The notes beneath the pieces are model-generated. The model saw nothing but the letters and a program-made list of their open reading frames with translations. It was not told the DNA's origin and made no database searches. The translations under genes and the position numbers were made by a program. From the NCBI GenBank assembly GCA_000004985.1, contig GG738870.1: DNA of 64,000 nt; one strand, written 5' to 3'. Below, in pieces: positions 1 to 12,505 of the stretch; positions within the stretch are counted from its first letter, which is position 1, and the number at the start of each line of letters is the position of its first letter. Origin of the DNA: Naegleria gruberi. Its lineage: Eukaryota.

Positions 1-135
1 TTTTTTAACACTTTCTACTTTGGGTTTGACTATTGGTTTATTTTCATATATTAACAAGTTGCAATTCCAACAATTACAACTTCAAACACAAATCCACAAT
101 TTATCAAAAGTTTCAAAAGTTTAAAATACACAAAA

Positions 136-927
136 TTAATTTAATAATTCTCGAATGGAAATGGAAGTTCTTCCTAAAGATTTTCTGCTGGTTGTATTGG
201 AGGATGGTAGCATGTTACTACCTTCCAAAGTTGGAGTTTTGGATGTGGAGATTATTTTGCTTACATTAGTGGTATTGGATGGTGGTGCGATAGTTGCATT
301 GTTAGTAGTGACGAGTGCTACAATGAGATGAGTGTTTTCTGTCAAGTTGATTGAGTTTCCAATAAGGGAAATATGAGGCATGCATGAATGTGGACGCATG
401 TGTTTTGATTCAAGAGTTGTTGGGAAAGAAAGTGAAGGATCAACACACATCTTTTGAATTATATTTGTTTCACTTTCCATGTTAGTAGATGTTGGTGGCA
501 TGTTAGATGTTGAGCATGGTGTTGGGAAATTGGATGACAAGTTAGTTTGCTTGAGTTTTTTCTTTGGAAGGAGACTTGTTGTATTGTCACATGTGTTTGG
601 AGTTGTTGGAAGGAGACTTGTACATGCATTCACATTTGATGTATTGTTATTCGAAACTACCTTTGGTTTCTCATTATTAGAACCATTAGCTTCATAACTA
701 AACCATTCATGATTACCCATGAAAATTTCAGTCGATTTAATGGTCATCTTTACTTGACTTTCATCAATTGGATGCTTTCTCTTTCTTCCTCTTTTAGAAA
801 CTTGAATAAAGTGTGGCATCTTCATCATGCTTGTGAATTGAAACATGTTTTGTTGTTGTGGTTTCGAATTCTTTTGAGAAACCTTTGTAGCAGATTGAAA
901 CTCAACGATACTGAACTTATTGTACAT
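136..927 (-). CDS. Hypothetical N/S/T-rich protein with a basic KRGRKRKH cluster (nuclear-like). Single ORF; ATG confirmed at 925-927 on the minus strand.
   Basis: 263-aa ORF in the track; low-complexity Asn/Ser/Thr-rich composition; NLS-like basic patch; no recognisable catalytic domain. Confidence 0.4.
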   Translation of the reverse strand: MYNKFSIVEFQSATKVSQKNSKPQQQNMFQFTSMMKMPHFIQVSKRGRKRKHPIDESQVKMTIKSTEIFMGNHEWFSYEANGSNNEKPKVVSNNNTSNVNACTSLLPTTPNTCDNTTSLLPKKKLKQTNLSSNFPTPCSTSNMPPTSTNMESETNIIQKMCVDPSLSFPTTLESKHMRPHSCMPHISLIGNSINLTENTHLIVALVTTNNATIAPPSNTTNVSKIISTSKTPTLEGSNMLPSSNTTSRKSLGRTSISIRELLN

Positions 928-2395
928 TGTGTGAGAATGTCAATTTTGTTTGATTTGGATTGTTGAAGGCTTTTTTTTGTGTTTGTTTATCAGCCTCAAT
1001 ACTACAGCTCTATTTTTCCAACAAGCCTTCCTGGTGATTTAAATCGACCAATTCCAAAGGCTTGTTTCGTCATGTTTCGAAATGAAACGCTATTGCAACA
1101 ACATCTTCACATAAACTGATGGTTGTTGATAGTCGAGATTAACACTAGCAATATGCAATCTCGCATCTCTGTAGCATTTCAATTTTTCTTTCAGGTATCT
1201 TTGGATATAAAAGGAGAAGGTAAGTGCCCAATACAATGATTGGATGCAACTACAGAACGTTCATCGTTTTATAATTACCAATCGGAGATGTTGACAATGA
1301 CACGAATTTTATTGGGAATATTTCAGAATTGGAAGCTGAAATTAAAATTATAAGGTATGGAGAATAAGTGAGCAGACAATTAGAGAAATTAGCCGAAATG
1401 TGATATGAACTGGAGATACATTAAGACATCACATCATCTCAACACTGAGATTTTTCAATAACGTGAACATTTTCGTTAATTAGTTCAGATTCGAATACTG
1501 AATTGTGAAATAATCCATTTGGATTTCATTGCCCAATTGTTATTTGTACACATTTTACCTCAATATATTTAGGCAAGAATATCACCATTTTAAAATATAC
1601 TATCATGAGTGCTTGATCAAATGAAATTGAACTTGTCACTTTATTCTCAACAAGTAAAATTTTCAATTTGTGGGCATAACATCGTCCAGTAACGTAGATG
1701 CACATGAACCTATCATTATATTGAAGTATATGCTTCAAAAATTGAATTCGCCATTGGCTTATCAAATATCAGAACTTGTACAAACTCCCTCTTCTTTCCG
1801 TGCCTCAACCTTAATTCATGATTAGAAAAGCCAACATCAACGATGAGTGTCGCCCTTAACAGTAAAACCTTCAAGCGCCTATGATAAACACATTTGAGTA
1901 GCATATTCAATCATTTATCTTCAAAACGCAAGTCCATTGGCCCATTAGCCATTCAAATATTTAGTTAACGATTCATCAATAAGGACCATACGCTCAATTA
2001 CTGTAAATACCGTATTATCCTGTATTCACGCATATCTCTAGAACTAGTCATCAACACAAAGGCGGGAAGCCAGGATGTCTCCCCGAACAATCTCAAGAGC
2101 AAACAAGATGCTACCGATTGGGATGAAATGTGTTGAAAAGATGCACCTCTTGCACTACAAAGACAAAAAGTTAGAAAATGCGCGTTCATCCAACAAGCAA
2201 TCATGTAAGTGGTGTTTTCTTATTTATTTTTATTTAATATGTTGATGATAACTGTAGTATAAGGTAAAGACTCAATCGATTGATCAAGAAGCAAATAAAG
2301 CAAATCAAGAAGCGGAAGAAGATGAAGGTCAATTGCTATTTGAGAGAAAAACAAGAAAATATGATGGTTGTTGTTCCTTTAGAGGATTTACAATC

Positions 2396-4631
2396 ATGCT
2401 AATTGTCTTGTTGTTGTTGGTATGCTCGATATCTATTTGGCTAGCTTCATATATTGGCTCTGCAAATGCTCTCAATGAATTGTCCAGTACCATTGTGGAT
2501 AAGGTTGCTGAGAGAGTTTTGGCATTCTTGACAAGTAGTATTCATCCATTTTCAGGATTATCCAGAACTATTGCTTTTGATTTTAATAGTGGTTATGTTA
2601 TGAGAGATCCCAATTCTATATTGCCTTACTTTTTCAAGAGAAGTTTAGTTTATTCACCTTCTTCCATTGGATTCCACTTTTACAATGAGGCTTATAGTTA
2701 TTTCAATATTACTTACTTTTATAGTGGTGTTCCAGTTCAATCTTTTACAACTTATCATCAACCATTCAATTATCCAGGTTTGGTTCACTATTTGGCTAGT
2801 CCAATTAATGGAAGTATTATTGGATTGATTGCTAATCAGACAACTCCTTTCAAACAATATACTCAGAGTTATTGGATTAGTAGTGAGAAATATTTTGCCA
2901 AGTTTAATACTGATAGTATATATGGAGATCCTTATACTGTGGTCAATTCGAGTACTTGCATTTTTTATGCAAGTAAGCTGTATAATCCAGTTGAGTTTGC
3001 AGTGAATGGAACCAAATCTGCACTTATTGGATTGGCAAAAATTAACATTTCCTTATTAAGTATTCAAAACTTTTTGAAAACAATTACCATGATTGGAGAT
3101 GGCTATGTATTGGTTTCAGAACTGAATGATTTGGTGATTGGCGGAAGTATCAATACGACTGCTTTGAATTTCTACTCAAGGGTGTCAATGTTCCAGCTCA
3201 TAGATAGAGATTCAGGAACTTTAATGTCAGAGCTGGCTCAGAAATATGGAAATTTATCAAGCGTTCCAAATACTGGAGCCATTCATTTTGCAAGCAAAGG
3301 AGTTGACTACTTTATTTCAAGAAGATCATTCTATTTGGAGAATATTTCATGGAATGTCTTTTTGATTGTATACAAGTCAGATGTAGAAAAGGTCAGTAAC
3401 ATAAATACTGCCATATCAGTTGGTGTTTGTGTTGGGGTGATTTTACTTGGTCTGGTCATGAGTGCTCTGTTAGGTCACTGGATTACAAAACCACTCAGAT
3501 ATTTAGAGAGACAATTCAATCAGATCAAGACATTTAGTTTGGAGAATGTTGAATTCAGATCGAGTTCTTTCGGTGAAATGAATAGAATTTACAAGCACTT
3601 ATACGAAATGGTGTTATTCTTAAATGAATTCAAACCCTACCTTCCAGCCAGTTTGTTCAATCAAATCAGAGAGAAAACTCAAGAAACTCCAAAAGAAGTT
3701 GAACAGTCAAATAGTAATATGGCTCAATCCATGGCAATGACTGAGAAAAGTTCAGCTTTGAGAAGTTCAATTTCAAACGATTCTTCCAAGCATGAACGAA
3801 AGGGTACTATTAATGAGCTCTTCAGAAAGGGACTATTCAAAAAGAAGGTGAGTGTAATCATGATTGAGATTTGTAAAGATTCCAATCATGATTATTCAGA
3901 TATTGAAAATCAATTCTCCAAAGTCATCACATTGATTAGTTCCATCACCAAGAAGGTTCATGCTGATTTGCAAGTATTGAGTGTGCACACCTTCCAATTG
4001 TCATTCTCTGATAACAACTCATCCAATAACAGACGCCACAATCTATTGGCCATTGAGTGTGGTCTCAAAATTGGTCGACTCTTGACCAGTATCAATGTGC
4101 AGTATTATATGGCATTATCTGGAGGTGAAGTCTTGGCTGGAAACTTGGGAACTAAAGCTCTGAGATATTATGGTATTGTTGGACCAGTAATGGCCAATGT
4201 TCAGCATGTTTTGCAGGTAGCCAAATCGTTGAAGTGTGAAATTCTCTCAGATGCATTCTCTCTTCATGAACATAGTGCCAAGACAAGGATTGTTGCTAGA
4301 CCAGTTTCGAAAGAAGAACTTTCTCATGGTGTTGAGACTATTTATCAAGTCCTTAAAGAGAATATTGTGGAACAAGATGGTAAGTATTATTTTTCAAAAT
4401 ATTATAGTTTAAATGTGAAAAATAGAATGGCTCTATGAATTGGAACAAGAAAAAGTCAATGCCAAATATAAAAAGTTTGAGCATGCATTCTCGATATTTG
4501 ACATGACTCCAAATACTGACGATTATTTCAAACAGTTAGAAGAATCGAGGGAAATATTCAATGAGTATAAGGAAAGTGATCCATCAGATTTGGTAACAAT
4601 TAGATTGCTTTCCTTATTGGAAAATATGTAA
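2396..4631 (+). CDS. Receptor-type class III nucleotidyl cyclase-like protein. It has a signal/TM segment, an N-glycosylation-rich ectodomain of about 350 aa, one TM helix, and a cyclase homology domain with substituted metal-binding residues. Exon 1 is 2396..4379, the intron is about 4380..4425 (alternative acceptor at 4407 gives immediate stop), and exon 2 is 4426..4631.
   Basis: First in-frame ATG is at residue 22 of the ORF starting at 2333 (MLIVLLLLVCSISIW). The TM helix VGVCVGVILLGLVMSALLGHWI follows the ectodomain. The cyclase-like motifs are KIGRLLTS...LSGGEVLAGNLGTKALRYYGIVGPVMANV, and VSVIMIEICKDS aligns to the F-D-I-x-G-F-T position with D->E. GTAAGT lies at 4380 and an ...AATAG acceptor at 4425 is in frame with ORF 4440..4631. 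Confidence 0.5.
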
Positions 4632-4659
4632 ACTGATTTTACACAAAAATGTTAGGAAT

Positions 4660-6147
4660 TTACTGTTGGTCATAGTCAGTAAATTTGTTAAATGGAAGCA
4701 TGATTTGTTGATAGAATAGCATCCAATTCTTTCTCCAATTACGTTGTATTTTTGGTTGGTAGGTATACTTTTCTGGATTGAAATGCTCAACTGAGGCCAT
4801 GTTAAAAGTAATCATGTAGAGTTGAACGCCACTCATGAAACCAACAAAGGCTAAAACCAATCCAGCAATTCCCAAATTGATGACATTCAACACAATAAAT
4901 AAAAATGTGTGGAATTGCATGATTGGATTATTGCTGTGCACGAATTGAAGCATTTGTTGAGTTTTTCCATCAGTGTACAATTCTTCAATTCTCTTTCCGT
5001 GGAGGGATGATATTCTCTTCATGGATTCATACTGAAATGCATAATCAAAGAGTTGATTCACCTCACAATAAGTCAAGTAGAACAAGCAAATTACCATAAT
5101 AAAGCATAAAGACATTTGAACTACCATACTCAAAAGGAATGCCAAAAATGTCAATTGATTCTTTTCTCCAACACAATTAGAAATCCACAGACAGTGATGG
5201 TCATACTTTGCAGCTCTATGTCCACATCTGGTACAAAATTTGGATCTTGTTGGAAATTCCACAACTTTGGTTTCTTCCTTCTTGGTAGCATTTGCTGTGA
5301 TAGCAGTGGCCGAGTCACTTGATTCATTCTCTTGCTTTTCATTTTCCAAATTCTTTTCACCACTCTTTCTATTTCTCAAAGTGGTTGTTGATGTCTGTTG
5401 TTCCTGTACCTTTTCACTATTGATTGCTTTTTGTTCTTCCTTTCTCTCAAATGTAATACTATCCTTATGTGAAATGTAACCCAAATGTTTTTCATCACCT
5501 TCCACAAAAATTCTTCCAGGATTTGACCTCTTACTCATCTCATAGGTAATATAACTCAAAATCCAACCAATATAATACAAGTAAAAACTCCAGTGAGCTC
5601 CCAATAAATTAAGTTTATCCCAATCCTGTGTGGAATAAGTAGTTTGCAACTCTAACAAGGGATATTTCATATTGGGAGCCTTTTCAGAATCGACAAATAA
5701 ACCAAAAATGTCAATCCAATAATAAGAAACAATGAAAGGAATAACTCCCATATACAAAAATCCAAACAAAATTAAATAATAAACACCAGCCTCCAATTTT
5801 CTATTATAGTGCATATTCTTTTCCTTTCTCTTTAATTTCTTCAATGCCAATTCTTCTTCCGAAAGTGTTGGTGGTGATGTTGCTACAATAGTCTTCTTTG
5901 TATTATTACAATTACACTTGTCATCATGTTGATGATGATGATCATGTAATTTACCACCACTTGATGTTCCTTCCGAGGAAGATGACGATGCTGATGATTT
6001 TGTATTCTCCTCTTCTTCTTCATCTTCATTACAACATTCATAACAAGGACACCATCTATACCGACACAGACACAAATTACATCCCAAACTACACGCCACA
6101 TCACAGGATTTATCCCACACCAATAGACACAAATCTTCGGAACACAT
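4660..6147 (-). CDS. zDHHC-type protein S-acyltransferase (palmitoyltransferase). Single exon.
   Basis: Contains CTRCGHRAAKYDHHCLWISNCVGEKN, a canonical Cys-rich DHHC zinc-finger with the DHHC tetrad. Multiple predicted TM helices flank it. ATG is at 6145-6147 on the minus strand. Confidence 0.8.
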   Translation of the reverse strand: MCSEDLCLLVWDKSCDVACSLGCNLCLCRYRWCPCYECCNEDEEEEENTKSSASSSSSEGTSSGGKLHDHHHQHDDKCNCNNTKKTIVATSPPTLSEEELALKKLKRKEKNMHYNRKLEAGVYYLILFGFLYMGVIPFIVSYYWIDIFGLFVDSEKAPNMKYPLLELQTTYSTQDWDKLNLLGAHWSFYLYYIGWILSYITYEMSKRSNPGRIFVEGDEKHLGYISHKDSITFERKEEQKAINSEKVQEQQTSTTTLRNRKSGEKNLENEKQENESSDSATAITANATKKEETKVVEFPTRSKFCTRCGHRAAKYDHHCLWISNCVGEKNQLTFLAFLLSMVVQMSLCFIMVICLFYLTYCEVNQLFDYAFQYESMKRISSLHGKRIEELYTDGKTQQMLQFVHSNNPIMQFHTFLFIVLNVINLGIAGLVLAFVGFMSGVQLYMITFNMASVEHFNPEKYTYQPKIQRNWRKNWMLFYQQIMLPFNKFTDYDQQ

Positions 6148-6651
6148 TTTTTTCTTTTAGATATTGAAAAGATGACGAGTTGGAAGATGATGAGGGAACT
6201 TGATGATTTGGAAAGATTATTGTTCATGAAATGTTTTAGTCTTTCTCATTTAATAAGAATATTTAAAATGTTATATTGTAAAGTATTTAATCTTAAGATA
6301 CACGAAAAAAGAATAAATAAGGGCCTATCGTTTTGAATATTCAATCCTTCCTCACACCCCAGGCAATTCGCTCTTAAAAACGCCGATTGAAATAATTGCG
6401 GAGTTGATTCAACCTTAAATAATACTAATAACCACTTAATAATATTGATTGGTTTTCTTGCATTATAATTGGTCCCAACCCAACCACGCAAAATACTCTC
6501 CTATATTGATGATATTGAATGCTCATCATTCATGCATTAGGCAATGCTCAAGTTCAAATGTGGGACATCAACTATATTATTGGTCCTTAACCGGTTACCA
6601 CCGCGTAAATTAACAAATTTTTTGTTGAAAAAAATTGCGTTATTAAGGAGG

Positions 6652-7873
6652 ATGAAGATTTGTACTGTTGCCTTGATCGCAACCTTGATGGTTGTTTTTG
6701 CTGTTGCTGCTAATGCTCAACAAAATTTTAATAGATTGCCAAGACTTAATGTTAGAAAGCAAAGCTTTACTGTGTCTGGTATTTCTTCTGGAGCTTTCAT
6801 GGCCCAACAATTTGCTGTTGCTTTCTCAAAGACTGTTACCGGAACTGGTGTTGTTGCTGGTGGTCCATATTATGTAAGTTTTTAAATGAATGGATTCGGA
6901 ATATTAATAATAATTGATATAAAGTGTTCTCTTGGTAACGAATTCGTTGCTCTCGACAGCTGTATGAAGATTCCACAAATGATTGATTTGGTAGGTTTAA
7001 AGATTTTAAAAAACTAATATGAACATTATAATGATACTAAATTGATATTATTCCACCAAAATTAACACATGAAATATTTCCACATATATCATTAATAGTC
7101 AATCATTCAAGACATGATTAAGGAAATGGAATCAACTGGTGCTATCGATCATTCAAGCAATGTTAAGAACCACAAGTTCTACCTCTTCTCTGGTACTGAT
7201 GATTTCATTGTTTTCCAAGGTGTTATGAGAAAGCTCCAACAACAATTGTACACCACTTTCCAAGTCCCAATTTCTAACATTGTTACTGACTTTAAGACTC
7301 CTGCTGTTCACGGTTTCATCACCAATGATTATGGTAATGCTTGTGCTATGTTTGGTAGTCCATTCATTAACAATTGTGGTTTGGATCAAGCTAAGATTAT
7401 CCTTGAAACTGTCCTTTCTACCAAGTTGAATGCTTCTCAACCTATTGATAGAAACCTTTTCACTTTCTCTCAATCTGGTAACTACACTGCTACCAGCTTT
7501 GATGAAAAGGGTTACATTTACATTCCAACTTCTTGTCAAGCTAATCGTGCTCCATGTGTTGTTCACTTGGCTTTCCACGGTTGCAACCAAGGTGTTCAAA
7601 GCGTTGGTGATGTTTTCGTCAAGCATTCTGGTTACCTCAAGTATGCTGAAAGCAATAATATTGTTGTTGTTTTCCCTCAAGTCAGAAAGACTGAATCATT
7701 CTTGGTCAACCCAGAAGGTTAGTAATTATTTAACTTTTCAATTATTTAATTTCAATAATATAGGTTGTTTCGATTGGTGGGGATTCAGTGGTCAAAACTT
7801 TGCCACTAAACAAGGTCCACAAATGAAGGCTATTGCTAACATGCTTCTCGATCTCGGTGTTGATGTTCAATAA
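6652..7873 (+). CDS. Secreted esterase of the PHB-depolymerase/feruloyl-esterase (Esterase_PHB) family. Four exons: 6652..6873, 6925..6990, 7099..7717 and 7764..7873.
   Basis: Signal peptide MKICTVALIATLMVVFAVAANA. The GxSxG nucleophile elbow is VSGISSGAF. Family motifs VVHLAFHGCNQG and NPEG-GCFDWWGF are only reconstituted after splicing the 46-nt intron 7718..7763. The 66-nt middle exon is CSLGNEFVALDSCMKIPQMIDL. Donor sites are GTAAGT, GTAGGT and GTTAGT. Confidence 0.75.
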
Positions 7874-7901
7874 ACTCAACAATTATTTTAAATGTGGAAT
7901 A

Positions 7902-10900
7902 TTATTGTTGTGTTGTTTGATTATTTGGTTCAAATGACATTGAAAGTTCAATAAGCTTGTCCTCATTAAAGTGAACCATATTAATTAGTTTTGATTTGAG
8001 TTCTGTCACATTCTTCAAGTCATATTCTTTTTGATATCTCTTGATACCACCTTGAATGACAAAGGCAAGTTTTTGTCTCTTGAAAAAGTTGATAATTCCC
8101 TTCTCCTCATTAATATAGTCCTTGTTACCGTCTTCAATGAATGTCAAATCAGTGAGGTAGAGTCCAATGAATGGAATGAGTGGAGGTGTACATTCCTTCA
8201 TGATGGTTCTCATCTCTTTGTAATTCTTGAGTGTGGAAACTACCTTTTCCAATTCCTTATATTCTTCCATGTGTTTCTTTGGAACTTGAGACCACGCTTT
8301 TTTGAGTCTTGCGATAGGAGCACTTCTCAAGCCACCAACAATTTCTTTCAGTCCATTGAAATTGTTGAGCCTTCTCAATTCTCGTGCAATCTTGATGAAT
8401 TTACGAATGGCCTTCACTCTCTTTTCTTCCTTCTTATTGTCGAGAATGGTGTGAGCGACCCACAAGACAACTGTATTGGTTCTTTGAATCATTTCACATA
8501 TATTTGGTGCACCAATCTTGTTCTTGTTCCATGCTTGTCCTAGACATTCTTTAGGTTGAATTTTTTGGAAACTGTTAAATGTTAAATAACTATTAGATGT
8601 GAAAAAATTGAAAACTTACATTGCACTTTCTAGCAGAGTTATTTGACGAGCAATTTCAATACTGCTCCAATCTAGAACCTTAACTTCTACCAAATTTCTG
8701 AAGGATTTCCTAAAAGAGGATGGATAGACTGGTTTTGGAGCATTCGCCTTTTCTTCATCTTCATTTTCATACTCTTTGATTTGTTTTTCTAGGTATTGTT
8801 TTTGGACACTTGCCAAAGTATCTCTCTTAGTTTTAATTCTCTTGAGTTCAGTTCTCAAATTGTCTGCCAATTTTTCAAAAGTCTTGGCCATGTGATTTTC
8901 AATAAAGTTCGACAATAATCTTGTTAATCCTGGATTACTCTTAAAGTCATAGCTATGATCTGAAATCCATCTCTTCAAAATACCATAAATATTAATTCTA
9001 ATTGGTGCCAAGACTGACATTTCAAATTGGGCAAAGAGAGCAGAATTGGATCTTACTTCATTATTAGGTGGAGGCAAGTTCCACTTTAAACTCAACAATT
9101 CTAGGAACTTCTCGGCGCTTGTGAATGAATGATAGGTCAAGAGGAAGGCATCCTTGATGGCCATATCTTGAACACTATTGGAAACTGTCATTCTTTCAAC
9201 AAGCTTTTCAATAGTTGCTCCAATTAGTGATCCATCCTCACCAAAGGCAACATTCACACCAGCAACCTCAACTTCATCGAATTTTGCATGGTCAATAGAT
9301 CTTCTAGCCATAAGAGCATCTAAATCTTCGGCATACCTAGCTTCAGGTCTCTCCAAACTCGAGACTGATCTCAAGTGCTTTACAATTTGTTTGGTTTCTT
9401 GAGCTGAGAGGAGAGAACCAGAGAGAATGGAGCGAATATAGTGAATCCAACGTCTTCTTTCCTCTGGAGTTTCACACTCAAAGCATTTTTGTTTCTCTGG
9501 AGCATAGACCAATTTAAATCCCTTCTCTCCATACTTTTCCACAATGCATGTTGTGTCAATATAGTACAATTTCTTCTCCCTCTTGAAATTATTGTCCTTG
9601 TTGAGCCAACTGATGATTAGAACATTCTCAAAGAGGTATGCTTCACATGGTGGACTCCTTCCATTCTTTTTAACCTTATAAATGAGCTTATCATTGGTAT
9701 CGTAATAGTTTGCCAATGGGGAGGATTCACCTGCTTGAACAGAGTAGACGAATTTAGGCATTCGGGGAACTGCCTCCTCGAGAATTGATTTTCTACGTGG
9801 TCTCTCGATTTTATAGACTGTAGATTCTCTCTCACTAATGGAAACTCTCATTGAAGAACCCAAATTATATTCCAAATCAAAAGCTGTATACCTTTCCAGG
9901 TTTTCAATGTTCAATCTGTTTTGAATTTCCAAAGTCTTATTGAGCTGATAAGCCATTTCTAATATATCACTATTGGTTATCATTTTCTTTTCCAATTTAT
10001 AGATTGCTGTTTCCAATTTGAGACATGGATGATCTTCTGGAATGAGAGGATGGAAAACATCACGGAATTGAACTAAATAGTATGTCAAACGTATAGTTGG
10101 TTGTTGAATAATTTGTTCAAAGGTTAAAATATCAGTAATGAGCTTGTCTTTCTTTTGAGATTCCCTTGAAGCAACATCCAACTTGTCCTCAATCAGTGTC
10201 TTTAATTGCTTATCAGAATCTAACAGAATTTTTTGAATTCTATAACGAAGACCTTTCTTTGTATATTCAACCAAATACTGATCGATATATTTGGTGATCA
10301 ATGTGTCTTGAACAAACTCCAAAATGATATCACCAAAATCATCTAACCACTGATCATTGGCCTCAGAGACAGTTTGTTCAGCCAAGTGTCTCTTCAATTG
10401 CATCAATCTCAAATGCTTCCTATCAGCACTAAATGAATTAATCAACATGTTAAATAACTTTTCTATAATTTGAACCTCTCCATCATCGTTATTTCTCTTA
10501 CTAATCACTTCCATAATTTGATTCTTATAAAAACTTGGTAAAATATATCCCAAATGACTCAAATATTCCTCCTCTCTCTGAATAAATCTCTTCAGACACA
10601 AACTTAATTGTTTCTTTGGAATTTGAGGTTTTGGTTTGTTAGGTTTTGATGGAGAATCAAAAACCAACTCCTCCACTGGTGATGCTTCTCTATATTTAAC
10701 CATAATTCTTTGTTGAGCCTTACTTTTCACATTTTTCAATGATGAAATTCTTGGTAATTGTTGAGCTGATGCATTTTCGAATTGTTTAATTCTTTCATTG
10801 ACACTGACTAGATCAAAAGCTCCCAAAATTCTTCTTGCAAAACTCAAATCTTGTTCTTGTTCCTCTCTTTCACTAATGTCTTGTTCTTGATTGGTTTCGT

Positions 10901-11246
10901 TTTCTTGTTGAAGAGTTTCATTCTTTAAATCTTGAAGGGATTGTTGTTGCTTGTTGTTTGGAGGTTTTAATTGATTGGCAGTGATTTGCTTTGAAGCAGT
11001 TGATGTTGATTGTTGTTGATTATTAGAAACTTGAGAATTATCCGAAACATCCTTGATAGAAGAATTTAAACTTGTTGAAGTTTCTTTTTGTTGTTCTTGA
11101 TATAAATCATGAGAAACTACAATTCCTAAAGCAATTTGCAAATGTTCGGGAAGAGTATCGAATTCTTCATTCTTTACAATTTCAAAGGATGAAAGTGGTC
11201 CTGTTGTTACATTTTGAATAGCACTTGTGGACTCTAATAGTCTCAT
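7902..11246 (-). CDS. Ras guanine-nucleotide exchange factor with a RasGEF N-terminal domain and CDC25-type catalytic domain. Two exons, 8620..11246 and 7902..8571, separated by a 48-nt intron at 8572..8619.
   Basis: Catalytic-domain motifs IARQITLLESA | IFQKIQPKECLGQAWNKNK become contiguous only after removing the intron (GTAAGTTTTC...TTTAACAG). The domain continues with VLWVAHTIL...LNNFNGLKEIVGGL...IPFIGLYLTDLTFIEDGN. The N-terminus is Q/N/S-rich. Confidence 0.8.
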
Positions 11247-11710
11247 TGATGTTTCTTCTTTAGTTTCCTTTCTTTTGGAGGCTTGGTATAATATAAATCT
11301 ATCAAAAAATTATTCGAAAGTAGCAGAAACAAGACGAAATTAAGTGACCGATCACAACAAATTAACAAGAATTAAAAAATTAACAATTAATACTAAATAC
11401 TATTACAATACTCACTCTACAAATGATTGTACCTTCTCGGGATAGTAATAACCCACAACTGATAATCCTAAAACGAAAATTGCTGCAAACTTGTCGAAAC
11501 TTGTTAGAAATAATACAGAGATTATATTTCCCATGATGTGAATAACAAGATTAACTTGTTTGTTTCGAATACTAGTTTCGGATAGTCAAGATAACGAATT
11601 GATGTCCGTGACAAGTGGCCACTCTTTTTTTTTAAATTGTTTTTCAACGTGTTAGATGGATGACAATATTTATCCGATATTGGACTTGAGTTTCCAATAA
11701 AAGTCTTACT

Positions 11711-11825
11711 GGCTTACACGAAGAGATTAAAATTACAAAATGATAATTTATTCGAAACTTTACAACCTTACAAAACACATTAAATTGATATTCACTACTT
11801 TAGTTCCCAATGTTGGGAAGATTGT
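11711..11825. repeat. Dispersed repeat copy R1. It has the blocks TTACACGAAGAGA..GAAACTTTACAA..CAAAACACATTAAATT plus a GTTCCCAATGTT block.
   Basis: Shares collinear blocks with 15957..16165 (R2). Both lie in intergenic DNA. Confidence 0.4.
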
Positions 11826-12505
11826 CATAACAATGTTTGGGTGTAGTCAGTGGTACAGAGTGGGTCATCGATAACAGTGCAAACTGAATTATCATCAGAA
11901 CAACAGGAGTAAAATCTTGAATAAATAACATTATTGAATAAAGATAAAAAACATGATTTATTCCTTTTTATTTATACTATTGGTTATTGGAAATATTCAT
12001 TGAAATCGACATATGATTAGCAACAACAACAACAAGAATTGGAAATAGTACCACTACTGCTCAACAAGTGGTAATTGATACTTTGAACATTGAATGGAGA
12101 CTAAAAATCTATCTAGCAAGATTAATGATCCAAGCAAGGAGAGGATTGATACTCTTATTTGTTGATTTTGTACCACAGACACCATCAGTACCAGCACTCA
12201 GTATGAGGCAAAGGTGGGATGATAACCATTACCTGTACATAGCAACAAGTACTTCTTGGACATGACCTTTCACTTTAATGTGCCAATCATAAAGGCTGAA
12301 TGGTTGTTGTGGAAGGAAGCAAATGGAGAACTTTTTCTCCTGGTATCAAGGATGATGTAATAATACTACCGTTGGTATTTAGCAGGATTTGTTGGGACGA
12401 TCTTACGGTTAGGTTGGGTGTTTCAAAAAGTGAGGGTTATGATAATCTTCTTGTTTTCCTTTTCACATGTACATTAACCACAAACATCAATAGTTTTATT
12501 ATTGA

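Noticed and set aside
1998-2204. Moderately GC-rich stretch upstream of the cyclase-like gene as a possible snRNA/snoRNA
   Set aside because: No match to conserved U1/U2/U4/U5/U6, C/D or H/ACA box arrangements that I could verify by eye. Left unannotated.
2333-2395. ORF-track start codons at TTG/GTG (for example 2333, 13884, 22284, 39107, 4440)
   Set aside because: The track evidently allows bacterial alternative starts. For a eukaryote I moved starts to the first in-frame ATG or to an upstream spliced exon.
4380-4407. 28-nt intron GTAAGTATTATTTTTCAAAATATTATAG as the final intron of the cyclase-like gene
   Set aside because: Splicing at this acceptor gives an immediate TAA. The acceptor at 4425 (46-nt intron) instead joins in frame to the 63-codon ORF at 4440..4631. 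Both are reported but the longer is preferred.
9178-9835. Small ORFs (74 and 72 aa) on the opposite strand or other frames inside the RasGEF exon
   Set aside because: They are embedded in a long conserved CDS, with low-complexity translation and no independent support. Typical spurious antisense ORFs.
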